The position numbers were made by a program, and so were the translations under genes. Shown one piece after another: positions 1 to 11,877 of a DNA stretch of 64,000 nt. A model generated the notes under the pieces. The model was not told the DNA's origin and made no database searches. It saw only the letters and a list, made by a program, of their open reading frames with translations. Every line of letters begins with the position of its first letter. The first letter of the stretch is position 1. This DNA comes from Azolla caroliniana (taxonomy: Eukaryota; Plantae; Polypodiophyta): positions 17,174,001 through 17,238,000 of the forward strand of contig JBHGNT010000009.1 of NCBI GenBank assembly GCA_043228905.1, written 5' to 3'.

Positions 1-1800
1 CATTCTCCAAAGGGCTGATTTTTTCATTCCTGGTTGGTTAAGATGTTGATCAATACCTGATGTTTTTTATTTTTCATGTATGGCATCAATGGTTTTGTTT
101 GGGAATCTTGTTTGTTTTTTATTAAACGGTATTTCTGCTGTTTTATTTTATGAGGTAAATACAGAGGTAAATTGCTCACTTTGCCCGGTAAAACAATAAA
201 CTTGGTTGTCATTCTTGAATCGGCTCCTAGGGCATTGATTGCCTCTTGAATTCTGTGGGCTTCATTGATAACCCGACATGATGTTGAGTTCAGTGGTAGC
301 AATTCTTCAATGATGTGCTTGACCTGTTTGGCTAAGGGTCTTTACCCACTAGGTCTAAGTGCCCCATCATCTGAATGAAACACTTCTCATTTGGGTGTTT
401 GCACTCTGAGCATATGAGGATTTGTTGCAATAACACTTTACACAACTTTAACCTTTCCATCCAAATTCTTGATATTGTGTGGATCTGTATGTTGATGGTT
501 GCTCATCAGCATTAACCACTTTGGCTGTAACTTCTGGAAAAGCTCACTTTTGGAGTTGGTGAAACCCTAGGTTTTAACATCACATTGGCTGCCCTCCAAC
601 AATTGTTAAGGTAGACTGGTAGTCACATTCAATGACTTGCACTACTTACAATACTAGGTTTTACATTGGTTTAGTTATGGGCATTTATGCCCCATGTGAC
701 CACCTTATTAAGATATATGATTTCATCACATATTGCATAGCATTTTGGATGTTCTACTTTGTTTGGAACGGCTATTGGCGATTGCATGGTGGCTAGGGCC
801 TCCTTGGGGTTTTGCACCACTTACAAGTTACAACATTGGGTCTTACGTTGGTTTAGTTATGGGCATTTATGCCCCATGTGACGATCTTTTCAAGATATCT
901 TATTTTATCATATATTGCATAGCATTTTGGATGTTCTACTTTGTATGGGGCTATTAGTGATTGCATGGTGGCTAGGGCCTCCTTGGGGTTTATAGTCGCT
1001 GGGTTAGGCATTCAGAGGCTTGCCATGGAATCTTCAAAAATCATAACTATCAAGCAAGCTTTAGTGAAAGACCTACACAATCGGGCTAATTTGTAATGTG
1101 GGATAGTATAGCATATTGATGAACCTACTCATATAAGTTTTTCATCTAGCATTTCAACAAGTTAAGTGTAAGCTTTTGATACACAAACAATTTCCACAAA
1201 GTCTTGCTTGAATGTGAATATCTATTGGTTCCAATTGGTTCCTTGCCTCACGAAGTTGATAAGGAACGCCTTCTTGTCATACATGAAGTCATGAAATGTT
1301 CTATTTGGGAGGGTTTGAAACCATACATTAGCTTGGTCTTCAAGGGTGAGCTTGAAGGTGGCTACCCACGTGCCATCAATGATGAGCTAATAATTAAACG
1401 TGATACATTTGAAACACTCTAGTGGTCATAAGTGTCTCCATATCAAAATCGTGGGACAAATTGACTAATTTGAGTAGTGTTACCAGTTTTATTTGTTGAT
1501 CTTGGCATGGGAACTAATGTTTGTTTCTCCTTCTCCATCAAGGATATTAACATTTCTATCGACTTTCGAGCTATACATAGCCCCGAGTTGGTTTCTAGCA
1601 TTAGCTTTGGATTCTCACATCGAATTTGTCCACTATCTCTCTTACATGAGATTTCCTCAGGTAGACCTCTTTGAGTGTTACCCAACTGATTAGTGTGTGG
1701 GTATGAATCGTGCCTATTTTGGGGTGGACTTTGCCCTTTTTGTCTTTTTAGCTCGTTGTGAATGACGAACAAACATTTGAGGAGTGCATCTCATGCTAAC
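1..1800 (-). mobile_element. Highly degenerate LINE (L1-like) ORF2 relic
   Basis: Minus-strand reading shows fragmentary LINE-like motifs (GD motif after the coiled region ~1425-1445, 'LNVT' near 620-635, (Y/F)ADD-like remnant ~365-385); heavily interrupted by stops. Boundaries approximate. Confidence 0.35.
660..990. repeat. Tandem duplication, ~180-bp period, 2 copies
   Basis: TTACATTGGTTTAGTTATGGGCATTTATGCCCCATGTGAC...GGCTAGGGCCTCCTTGGGGTTT at ~661-811 recurs at ~843-991. Confidence 0.9.
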
Positions 1801-2029
1801 TTACATTCCTAGATTACAACCTCTATCTCTTAGGTCACGGCCTCCAACCTCGTTCTCTTGATGAAGTGGATTGCCCATATTTCTATTTTGTTTTCTATGG
1901 CATTGAGCTCCTCGAGGACGTATAATCCCTTGTGTTTTAGAAATCACTTGCCACTAAAAGCAAGGAGGAGAAAAAGTTTTGTTATATTGTTATTATATTA
2001 CTCCTCCTCGGGAATTTTGTTCTCTCTCT

Positions 2030-2093
2030 TATTTGTTTATCGTAATTAGCTTACCCTAGTGGTTAATAGTTTACACTATTAGCACTACATCTT

Positions 2094-2152
<59 letters not shown>

Positions 2153-2301
2153 TCTTAATTAGCTTACCCTAGTGGTAAACTTTTCCAACTGAACTACATC
2201 CATTTGGGCTTCTCTCGCCCTGTCTCTCTCTCTCTCTCTCTTATTTATCGTAATTACCTTACCCTAGTGGTAAACTTTACCAAGAGCTACATCAATTTGG
2301 G

Positions 2302-2340
<39 letters not shown>
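2030..2340 (-). repeat. Three ~65-bp mini-elements separated by (CT)n microsatellites, related to the tRNA-headed element at 44306-44516
   Basis: Units ~2030-2097, 2148-2211, 2241-2304 share TAATTA(G/C)CTTACCCTAGTGG...CTACATC..TTGGGC; reverse complement matches the ends of 44306-44516. Confidence 0.8.
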
Positions 2341-2343
<3 letters not shown>

Positions 2344-3830
2344 CTTCGTTAATCTAATAATAACTCAATCACTTTAACCCTAAGCATTAGAAATGTGGTA
2401 AAGTCTCTTCATGATTAAGTGTCAATGTATCATCTTGTGGATGTGATTAGGTAATAGAGTAAAATTAAAGTTTGCTTTATAGTTAGTTTAAGTGTCAATA
2501 GTTTGAGAGCAATTGATAAATTGCACTTACCTGTCTTGCCACAAAAGGTTAGATACTGGTATGTCCCTCCAAAATGACCTCAAGGTGATAATCAAGAAGA
2601 ATATTAAAGAAAGATGTAAACTTTCGGTTAGAGTACTAAAAAAAGTTACATCTTTTAGAACCGTTGGGGGGAAATAGAACCATCATTTGAAAATAGTGGT
2701 GAGCTTTTCAGAAGCTCCCACGACTATGTTTAGGCTCAGGAGGTAAGGAAGAATCATCTCCAATCATCAAACTGCACATTTTTGTTTTTGTTTTCTTAAA
2801 TTTCCCATCATGATCTATATAGGTAAATTGCGATTAGGAGATGTTAGAAGTTTTTCACTTTTTTAAATTTTGCTTTTTTCTCCTAGTAATTGTTTTTGTT
2901 TTTAAAACCCAATTCCCATAATTATGGGTTGAGCTTTTCCAAAAACTCAACCCAAAGGGTCCACAACACCACCACACCACTTTAGAGACAAAATATTGGA
3001 AGTATGTTCATCGGAAAGTTTGGGCTCCAAGGGGCACAAGAACCCATAGAAAGTACACAAAGTGTGCCATAGTGCCTAATAACCACAAAAAACTAGATGA
3101 CCCCAGGAGGATGTAAGGAGAAAAGAAAGGATGAAATAACACTTCAACCTCTCCTTCGTTTAGAAATAACACTTCAACCTACACAACAAAGTCGATAAGA
3201 CCTTAGAGCTCAAGCCTTTGCACAAGATTGATCTTTGTTCAATACAACGTGCTCAAGGCAAACACCTTACCACGATGTTAGCTAAGATTGAATCCATCTT
3301 AGGAGATTGGATAAGAACCCACAATGGGTTGCTAGCATGAATGGAAATGCTAAATATTGAAATCAATGAGGCTTGCAAACGTCAAATTCCGACCACAACT
3401 TTTATAGATACCGCGACTAGGCTTGGTTTTAGTTTCTTTGGTCATGGTATACGGGGCACATTGAGTTGGTTAGAAGTGGCCAAAAGTACGAATCATGATG
3501 AGCAATTGTTTACAAAAGGTTAGATTACAGGAAAAGAATTGTCATTTTCTATAATAGCAAGATGTTCCTGAAAGGTACAATTTTCTTTATAATAGAAGAT
3601 TCAACTCCAAAGGTGCAAGGGTAAAGAAGGTGCGCCTATGCAACAAGAAAAAGAACTCAAAATGCATAGCAAGTTGTCATAGATGACCCATTGGATTAGC
3701 TCAAGTTTGAAAATAATGTTTTAGAACTAAGCGATGTATGTGACTCATGGTATAAATATTATACTTCTGGTTGAAATTGATGGTTATATCATAAAACCTC
3801 CAGAGTCCTTCACTAGAAGTGGCATGTATT

Positions 3831-5133
3831 TATCGTGAAAGTTTGAAAAATCACATATGAGTGTGTAAGTATGATTAATACAAACGATATATGTGCGTTG
3901 AAGTAACATTATGTGAACATAAATTTTATTGTCATGCAATTATATTGCTCATAGAGTCCCACTACTATAATCTATATGAGCTAGAGTATGTATGTAATGA
4001 TTTTTTTTCTCGGGTTCGCACATAGGATTTAAGGTGAAAAAAACCAATAAGGGAAAAATGCTTTCATTTGGCAAGGTACTTGACATTATGAAATGGTCTA
4101 AAAGATAGGAAATAAATGATTGATTGTAGCTCTTTAGTAATGCTATGAAGTATGTGCGTTGATCAAGGATAGATTAAATAAGGCACCGAGGATGAACTGG
4201 CAAGATGCCAAAATGTTAAAATTGGAATATTACATTGCAAATGTTAGCCCCTAATACAAGGTAAAAAGGCTAGAATTTGTTCATGACATGGTGTGCGCAA
4301 TGGAGAAAAAAGCCTAAAAACTAAGGTATATCATAAGGTAAGGTATAGTCAAAGAAATAACATAAGAACACAATAGTGGATGAGAATCAAAGAATTAAAT
4401 CAAGATAGCTCAATTGGCAAGAATTAATTGTTAGAAAACAAGGTGTAGGGATTGAATCTCGATAGAGGTGATGAAGGAAGGTGACCTATAGTGCACAAAG
4501 ATATAAGGATGAAGTATGGAGTATAAACAAAACGGGGAATCTACGCTTTATGAAAATCAAGTATCAAGGTCAAGTGTTACAAAAGGAAAGTTATTTTGGT
4601 AAGGGTCCTCTTGAAATTTATAAAAGGAGAATGAGAGCTCATTGCCACGGAAAGGCATCTTGATGGAGACGCCCAAGCTTTGTTAACGAACGAATTATTG
4701 CAGCACAATGAATCAAGAGGCATGTGAGAGGCCAATGATGACAAACACAATGTGGTCATCAATTGTCGTGCCAAAACTTGAGGATCTCCTACCTACACTC
4801 TTTTAATTCCTTGATCTCCATCATCTTATCCTTTCATACCCCATACTACGAACCCCACTTAACAAGGTTGAGTATTTAAACCTTCATTGTATCTTGTAGC
4901 AAGCTCCTAGTATTATCATGGTTTATTGTATATTTCCTATAATATGTTATGCATCTTTGGAAAAGATTTTCACTATGTCTTATGGAGAATCTTCATGAAA
5001 CTTTCGAGTTGAGATTTTGAGTCATTGGGCATACATCTACAAGTGAATTCGTGTAATTCACAATCTAGATGACATTCATTTCCGTACACTTCATCATGCG
5101 AACATTTAGGAAATTGTTGTGGAAATCACGACA
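3831..5133 (+). mobile_element. LTR-like element with TGTCG-type termini and internal tRNA-like segment (family X)
   Basis: 5' TATCGTGA / 3' TCACGACA; A-box TAGCTCAATTGG (4406-4417) and B-box-like GGATTGAATCTC (~4449-4460); no TSD (GTATT/TAGCC). Confidence 0.5.
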
Positions 5134-5344
5134 TAGCCTTTGGGTTGATAATCAACGTCCCCTAGAAGAAATTACATGCAAAAGAAAAATCAAACCCATG
5201 ACATCAAGTTCTAAGAAAACTGGTGTCCAATTAAGTAGGCATGCTCATATGTTGCCAAGCAAAATATCGTTGAATCGGGCATTAGGACATCAAGTTAGTG
5301 AAAGTCCCATCCACAAGAAAAGAGGAAACAAGGGACTTATCATA

Positions 5345-5507
5345 TTTCCCCTAAAATACCATTCTCCCGCCACACTTTCCCTAAATTCCCTTCTCCCAAC
5401 ACGCTTTCTCGAAATACCCTTCTCCCATCACACTTTCTCAAAATAACCTTCTCCATCACACTTTCTCGAAATACACTTCTCCCAATACACTTTCTCGAAA
5501 TACCCTT
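5345..5507. repeat. Minisatellite, ~28-bp unit, ~6 copies
   Basis: Repeated CACTTTCTCGAAATACCCTTCTCCCA(T/A)CA. Confidence 0.9.
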
Positions 5508-5577
5508 CTTGTTGCAAACTAAGACCATCGGTGCGGAAATACAGATCAACACTATAGGATGAAGGACAACAAGTTCT

Positions 5578-6372
5578 TGTAAGTAAGACCATCAGTCTAA
5601 ACAGATGAGGCAACATCCACAACTAAAATAGAATTTGAGACAGACAGACAGACAAAGATAGGCACATAGTGTAACTGTATTATTCAAACTCAAAGTTACA
5701 AAAGAATGGCGGCAACCAACACCATCTATAAACTAGTTACAAACTTAGTTATATACTAACTGACTTAGGGCAACCACCCTTTGATCATATTACAAATATG
5801 TCCTTGTCTAGTTTGTCCAAATGGCACAATGTGAATACGACCATTATACACCCATATTCGACAATCCCCCATAATGGGCGTACACAACAAAAGAATTTGT
5901 AATATAATACAAAACAATACAGATTATATAAAACGATGTTTGAACAAGTCGATTGTATTGCTGAATCGGCAAAGGCCGAACAAAAAATCGAGTCGGCTAG
6001 TCTAAAACACTAAAGTCGGATTGGTTGTGTCGAATGCCGAATTCCGAAACGTCGAAATGCCGAAGCCAATTGTCTGAAGTCACCTCTGTGTTCGACTAAA
6101 TCAAACCGATTTTTTCTTAAGCCCATTTGGTGCCTTAGTGACCGGAATCGATCACCCGAAAGACACTTGGTCATCACGTCTGCAACGTTGTCGGCCGAAG
6201 AGATCTTCTCGAGGCCAAGCTTACTTGTAATTATGCAATCCCGAACAAATTGATATCAAACATCGATATGCTTCATGGAATTATGATGCACCGAGTTCTT
6301 TGACAAGGCGACAACACCTTGATTGTCGCTATATACAACTGGAGTTGAATTAGTGTTGGTTTGCTGAAACGT
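5578..6372 (-). mobile_element. Ty1/copia 3' remnant (RNase H end, PPT, 3' LTR)
   Basis: Minus strand reads YSDNQGVVALSKNSVHHNSMKHIDV*YQFV (copia RNase H); PPT ATGGGGGAT abuts LTR start TGTCGAAT at 5863; left LTR boundary approximate. Confidence 0.75.
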
Positions 6373-6499
6373 TGTCATAGTGTATTTCATACACTACGTG
6401 AAAAATGTACGGAGTACCCGATTGAATAAGTATGAAGAAAAAGAAGAGAATATTAAAATGTAGGTTACATGCACAAGACAAGATTCAAACGTTGTACCT
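6373..6499 (+). mobile_element. 5' fragment of family X element, interrupted by copia LTR
   Basis: TGTCATAGTGTATTTCATACACTACGTGAAAAATGTA aligns with the start of 33532-34291, including the terminal hairpin and the B-box region CAAGATTCAAAC. Confidence 0.7.
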
Positions 6500-6793
6500 T
6501 GTTGAGAATCAAGCTCAACCTAGCCTAGTGTGTGAACACACCCTTGAGAGTTTATGAACACTCAAAGGTCAAAAGTCACACCACTACTCTTTACACATTA
6601 ACTGTGTCATAGAATCATATTATATGACACATAACTAATGAGTTTCCACATTCCCCATGACTCATGAGCTTTGGTAGTTAATGAAGAGAGAGAGTGACTA
6701 TATAAAACACTCTCCTCCTACTTTGTAATACATCGGTTAATCTCCTTTGTAATATACAATCTTCTTGAGTATTTTCTATTATCGATCTTGTGT

Positions 6794-6860
<67 letters not shown>

Positions 6861-8521
6861 TAACATACATCTCTAACCTATTCCGATGCACAAGAATCAC
6901 CATCGATTCTTTACATGGTATCAAAGTGGTTTGGTAGCTCGATCTAGCCCATCCGCGTGTGTTGTGCTCTACGCCGACGTTCAAGAAGAACCGGCACATC
7001 GCTATCGTAATGCGGCGACATAGTTCGTATTCAAGAGAGAAGAAGAAGGAAGACATCTACATAGAACACCATGAATACTCAAATGGGGAGTGCTCTCCCT
7101 AGCGAGAAGTTGGACCGAAACAACTTCGCATCTTGGGAGTACAAGATGCACCAATACCTTGTCGGTCAAGGTTATTGGAGCTTCATTAAAGGAGCACAAG
7201 AAAATCGACCTGACCCAAAGGATGCCAACTACTCAACATGGGAGCCAGTGGCGAGTCGAGTAATGTATTGCTTGGCGACATGTGTTCATGACCACATGCT
7301 CAACTGCATTCGAGAAGCCACGATGCCAAAGGAAGCATGGGAGAATCTAAGGAAGATATTTGCCGCCAATACGACGACATGAAAGCTTCAACTCCGCCAA
7401 GAGTTGAACAACATCCAACAATGGGACTCGTCCATCACAATCTACACCTTGAAGATCAAGGATCTTTGTGATTCACTCGGCTCAATAAGCGTTAATGTGG
7501 AGGATGATGAGATGGTGCAAATATGCCTCAGTGGCCTTGCAGCACGGTCTGGCACAATGAGAACTGTCGTCCTACCAAGGGAGAATCCTCCCTCTTTCTT
7601 CGATCTTCAATCCATGTTGTTGGTTGAAGAAAACCATGTTCGAACGAGGAGCAACACCTCGAAAGGCCACATGCTCTACACACATTCGAACGGAGGAAGA
7701 GGACGCGGCCAAGCAAGAGGCCGATTTGGCCAAGGACGAGGCGGACGAGGTTCCACTTCCGACAACAACTCCCAATTTTGACAACAAGACGAAATCCATC
7801 GAGGAACCTAAGAAGGGGAGCTTCCATTCCGGTTCAACTCGACAAAACTCGATCGAATGCGGATATTGCGGCAAAATTGGTCACCACGAAGAAGAGTGCC
7901 GAAAGAAGATGCGTGAGTCGGCTTCCACTAGCCGACAACTCAACAAGTACGCCACCAACTCTAACTATGAAGATCATGGCAGAATGTTCGTAATGAGACA
8001 TAGAGCAAATTCTATGTCGGCCTCTAATTCGACTAATGCCTCCAATCTGGAAGATGTATGGTTCGTCGACACTAGTGCTTCGAACCATATGACGTCCCAT
8101 CAAGAATGGTTCCGAGACTTCCGAGAGCTGGATCAATCCGGTTATGTCGAGACCAGAGACGACACCACTCATCTGATTCGGCATGTAGGCAATGTCCCAT
8201 TCGGGAAAGAAGGTGAACAAACTTGCATCAAAAATGTCTTACATGTACCCACCATAACAAAGAATTTGGTCTTGGTCGGCCAAATTGTGGAGCAAGGGAT
8301 GCAAGTTCAATTCAACCAAGGTGATTGCTTTATCGAGAAAGAAGGCCGACTAATTGCTCGTGGTCAAAGGGAAGGCCGAATGTTTATCCTCAAAGCGAAC
8401 GAGGTAAAATCATCCATGTTTGCAAAGGGCCTCAAACCCGACACCGACATAGAGCTATGGCATAAAAGAATCGGCCATATCAATCTCAACAAACTCAAAG
8501 TGATGCAATCGAAAGCAGTCG
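6500..8521 (+). mobile_element. Ty1/copia element A, 5' part (LTR 6500-6915, PBS-Met, degenerate gag-protease-GAG-pre-integrase), truncated by element C
   Basis: TGTTGAG...TTTACA LTR; PBS TGGTATCAAAG at 6916; gag UBN2-type (NFASWEYKM..YL) from 7071, CGYCGKIGHHEEEC zinc knuckle, WFVDTSASNHM protease, LWHKRIGH. Confidence 0.92.
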
Positions 8522-8825
8522 TGTTAAGCGAGCAAGCTCAACCGGATCCGGATCCGGATCGGTATCCAGAATGGAGAACCGAATCAGTGTCCGGATGATA
8601 TCCGGAACTAGGAGCTGGATCGGAATCAAACCGGCAAGCCGTTAGAGGCCTACTGATCTAGCCTAGTACGTAGGCATATTTTTGGGAGTCAGTGACAGTC
8701 GCTCGTATGAGCATTGAAGTACCTGTCAGTACTTTTGTAAGTCCTTTATGGACTTGTATAAAAGTGCTCTCTGAGCACATTCTATGTACACAGAGTTTTA
8801 GAGTATTATTTTGAATAGAGTTTAT

Positions 8826-8882
<57 letters not shown>

Positions 8883-9644
8883 GTCTCTCCTGCGTACGCG
8901 TACTCTATGTGTGTGTTAAGTTTTCTTCTCATCTTCTGTTGCTATCCGATAGAGCCGGTTTGTCGAACGCTTCCACACGCTAACATTCACATGGTATCAG
9001 AGCACGAGGGTTGAGAACCTCTGCAGCCGACAGACGCTTTCAAAGTCAAACCCTAATAACTGGTAACAACAGAAAGAGAAAGGTATGGACAGAGGTATGG
9101 CGAGTTCACTTCCAACAGAGAAGCTCGGTCAGAGCAACTATGCGTCCTAGTCATATAAAATGCACCACTACTTGCCGGGGCATGATTATTGGAGTTATGT
9201 GGAAGGAACCAACAAGGTAGCACCGGAGCTGGCACACAAAGACTTCCTGGCATGGGAGCAAGGAGTGAGCCGAGTATTGTACTATCTTGCGTCCGGTGTG
9301 CACGATCAAATGCTCAACTACATCAAAGATGCAAAAAAGCCAAAGGAGGCCTAGGAAAAGCTTCAAAAGATTTTTGCCGCTAGTACCATGGCACGAAAGT
9401 TGCAGCTTCGACAAGAGCTCAACAATATCCGACAGAGGGATATGTCTGTGACTGACTACACCACCAAGATAAAGGAGATTTGCAACGCGCTCGGGTCCGT
9501 CAACGTGACGGTGGACGAATACGAGATGGTTAAAATCTGCCTCGGTGGTCTAGCACAACGGTACAAGCCAATCCGAACAATGATCTGCACACGGGAGAAG
9601 CCACCGTCCTTCTTCGACTTACAATCCATGTTGATGGTCGAAGA

Positions 9645-10100
9645 TGTTGAGAATCAAGCTCAACACAGCACAACGTGTGAACACACCTTTTGAGAATCTA
9701 TGATTACTCAAAGGTCAAGAGTCACGCCACTACTCTCTACACATTAACTATGTGTCATAGAATCATATTCTATGACACATAACTAATGAGTTTCATATTC
9801 CCCATGACTATGAGTCTTCACATTCCCCAAGAGAGAGATTGGTTGTTGTAAGTTAATGAAGAGAGAGGATGACTCTATATAAAGCACCCTCCTCATACTT
9901 CATACTAAGTCGGTTGTGACTCCTTGTAATGCTACATTTTCATTTATCATATTCTCCTTGTTAATATACATCTCCTTCTTCTTGAGTATTTCATTTTGTC
10001 TCTTATCCATCTTGTGTTTCTCTCCTCTCCTCTTTCCTCTCACACATACAGATAACACACATCTCTTCCGCTACACAAGAATCACCATCGATTCTTTACA
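9645..10100 (+). mobile_element. Solo LTR (family A) inserted in gag of element C
   Basis: TGTTGAGAATCAAGC...GATTCTTTACA with 5-bp TSD GAAGA/GAAGA; similar to LTR 6500-6915. Confidence 0.95.
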
Positions 10101-11225
10101 GAAGAAAACCACGTGAGTGGATCGAGGACCACTCAATCGGACAACCGGATGTTGTACAAGGAGGTGGATCGACCCTATGGGCGTGGAGGACGAGGTGGGT
10201 CGGCACGTAATGGAGGCGGCCGGCAAGAGCAGAACCAAAGGCACAGAGACAGTGCCGACAGTAGTTCCGGACCCTCCACAAGCAGGGGCAGTCAAGTCGG
10301 AGCCGGAAACTGATAGTTGAAAACCGAAACGGAATGCTAGTACTGTGGCAAGAAAGCCACACAGAGAGCGAGTGCTGGAAGAAGTGTGGCGATTCGGATA
10401 AATCCGGATCTGGCAAGGTCGGACAAGGGAACCGGCAAAGTTCGCAGTACGCAGAAGGATCGGAAGGATCCGGAATTGGGAAGACCGGTAAAGGGCTAGC
10501 CTTCGTGATGAAGCACAAGGCTAACTCGATGAAGAAGAATACTTCCAAATCGGAGGAAGTATGGTACGTTGATTCCAGAGCGTCCAACCACACGACAAGC
10601 CATGAAGAGTGGTTCTCTTTTTTGGAGAAACCGGAACAACCAGGGATTGTCGAAACTGGAGACGACACCCCTCACCCAATTGTGCATGTCGGAGAAGTCC
10701 CTTTAAGCCATGTCGGACAAAAGGGGAAGTTGATGAACGTACTACACATTCTGACTATCACAAAGAACCTGATGTCGGTTGGACAAATCGTCGACCAGGG
10801 GATGTAGGTGTGGTTTATGCACCTCAGGTCCTTCATCGAGGAAGAAGGCCAGATAATTGCACAAGGGCGCAGAGAAGGGAGGATGTTCATCCTCAACACT
10901 AATGACATCGGCACTGCCATGTTTGCCAAAGGACAGAAGATTGAATCCGATATCGATCTCTGGCATAAGCGGATCGGCCACGTCAACTACCAGAGGCTTC
11001 AAGATCTGCAATCGAAACAAGTTGTGTTCAGATTGCCGAAGTTTAGTGGCTGGAAGGCCCAAACATGTGAAGCCTGCCAACTCAGGAAGCAACACTGGCT
11101 TCCATTCCCCACCGAACGAAACCGGAGCCATAACAAGACGATCTAATCCATTCGAATGTATAGGGACCTACACAGAACGTTAGTCTTGGCGGGAGTCGGT
11201 ATTTCATCTCCTTCATTGACGACTA

Positions 11226-11877
11226 CAGCCGGCACACGTGGATATATCTCATCGAGAAGAAAAGCGAAGTCTTCGACTATTTCCAGAACCTTCAAAGGCT
11301 AGTCAAAAAGGAAACGAAGAGGAAGATCAAGTGCCTGTGGTCGGATGGCGGAAGAGAATACTTTTTTGGCCAATTCAACAGTTATCTGCAGTAGAACAGA
11401 AATCGGAGAGAATTCAGTTGTCGATACACACCGGAACAAAACGGTGTGGCCGAAAGAAAGAACCGGTCGATTGTCGATGCAGCAAGGGCAATGTTGGGGG
11501 AGAAGAGCATGCCCCAATTCTACTAGGCTTAGGCGGTTCGAGCGGCCGTCTCAGCCAGCACACGTGGATCTATCTCATCAAGAAGAAAAGCGAAGTCTTC
11601 GACTGATTCCAGAACCTTCAAAGCCTAGTCGAAAGGGAAACGGAGAGGAAGATCAAGTGCCTGCGGTCGGATGGCCGAAAAGAATACTTTTCCGGCCAAT
11701 TCAACAGTTATCTGCAGCAGAACGGAATTCGAAGAGAATTCAGTTGCCGATACACACTGAAACAAAACAGTGTGGCCGAAAGAAAGAACCGGTCGATTGT
11801 CGATGCGGCAAGGGCAATGCTGGGGGAGAAGAGCATGCCCCAATTCTACTAGGTTGAGGCAGTCCGGACGGCCGTCT
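11226..11877 (+). repeat. Tandem duplication (~326 bp) of the integrase core of element C
   Basis: CAGCC(G/A)GCACACGTGGAT...GCCGTCT at 11226-11551 repeated at 11552-11877. Confidence 0.92.

Noticed and set aside
5345-5507. CRISPR-like array
   Set aside because: Head-to-tail minisatellite without unique spacers, in a eukaryotic context.
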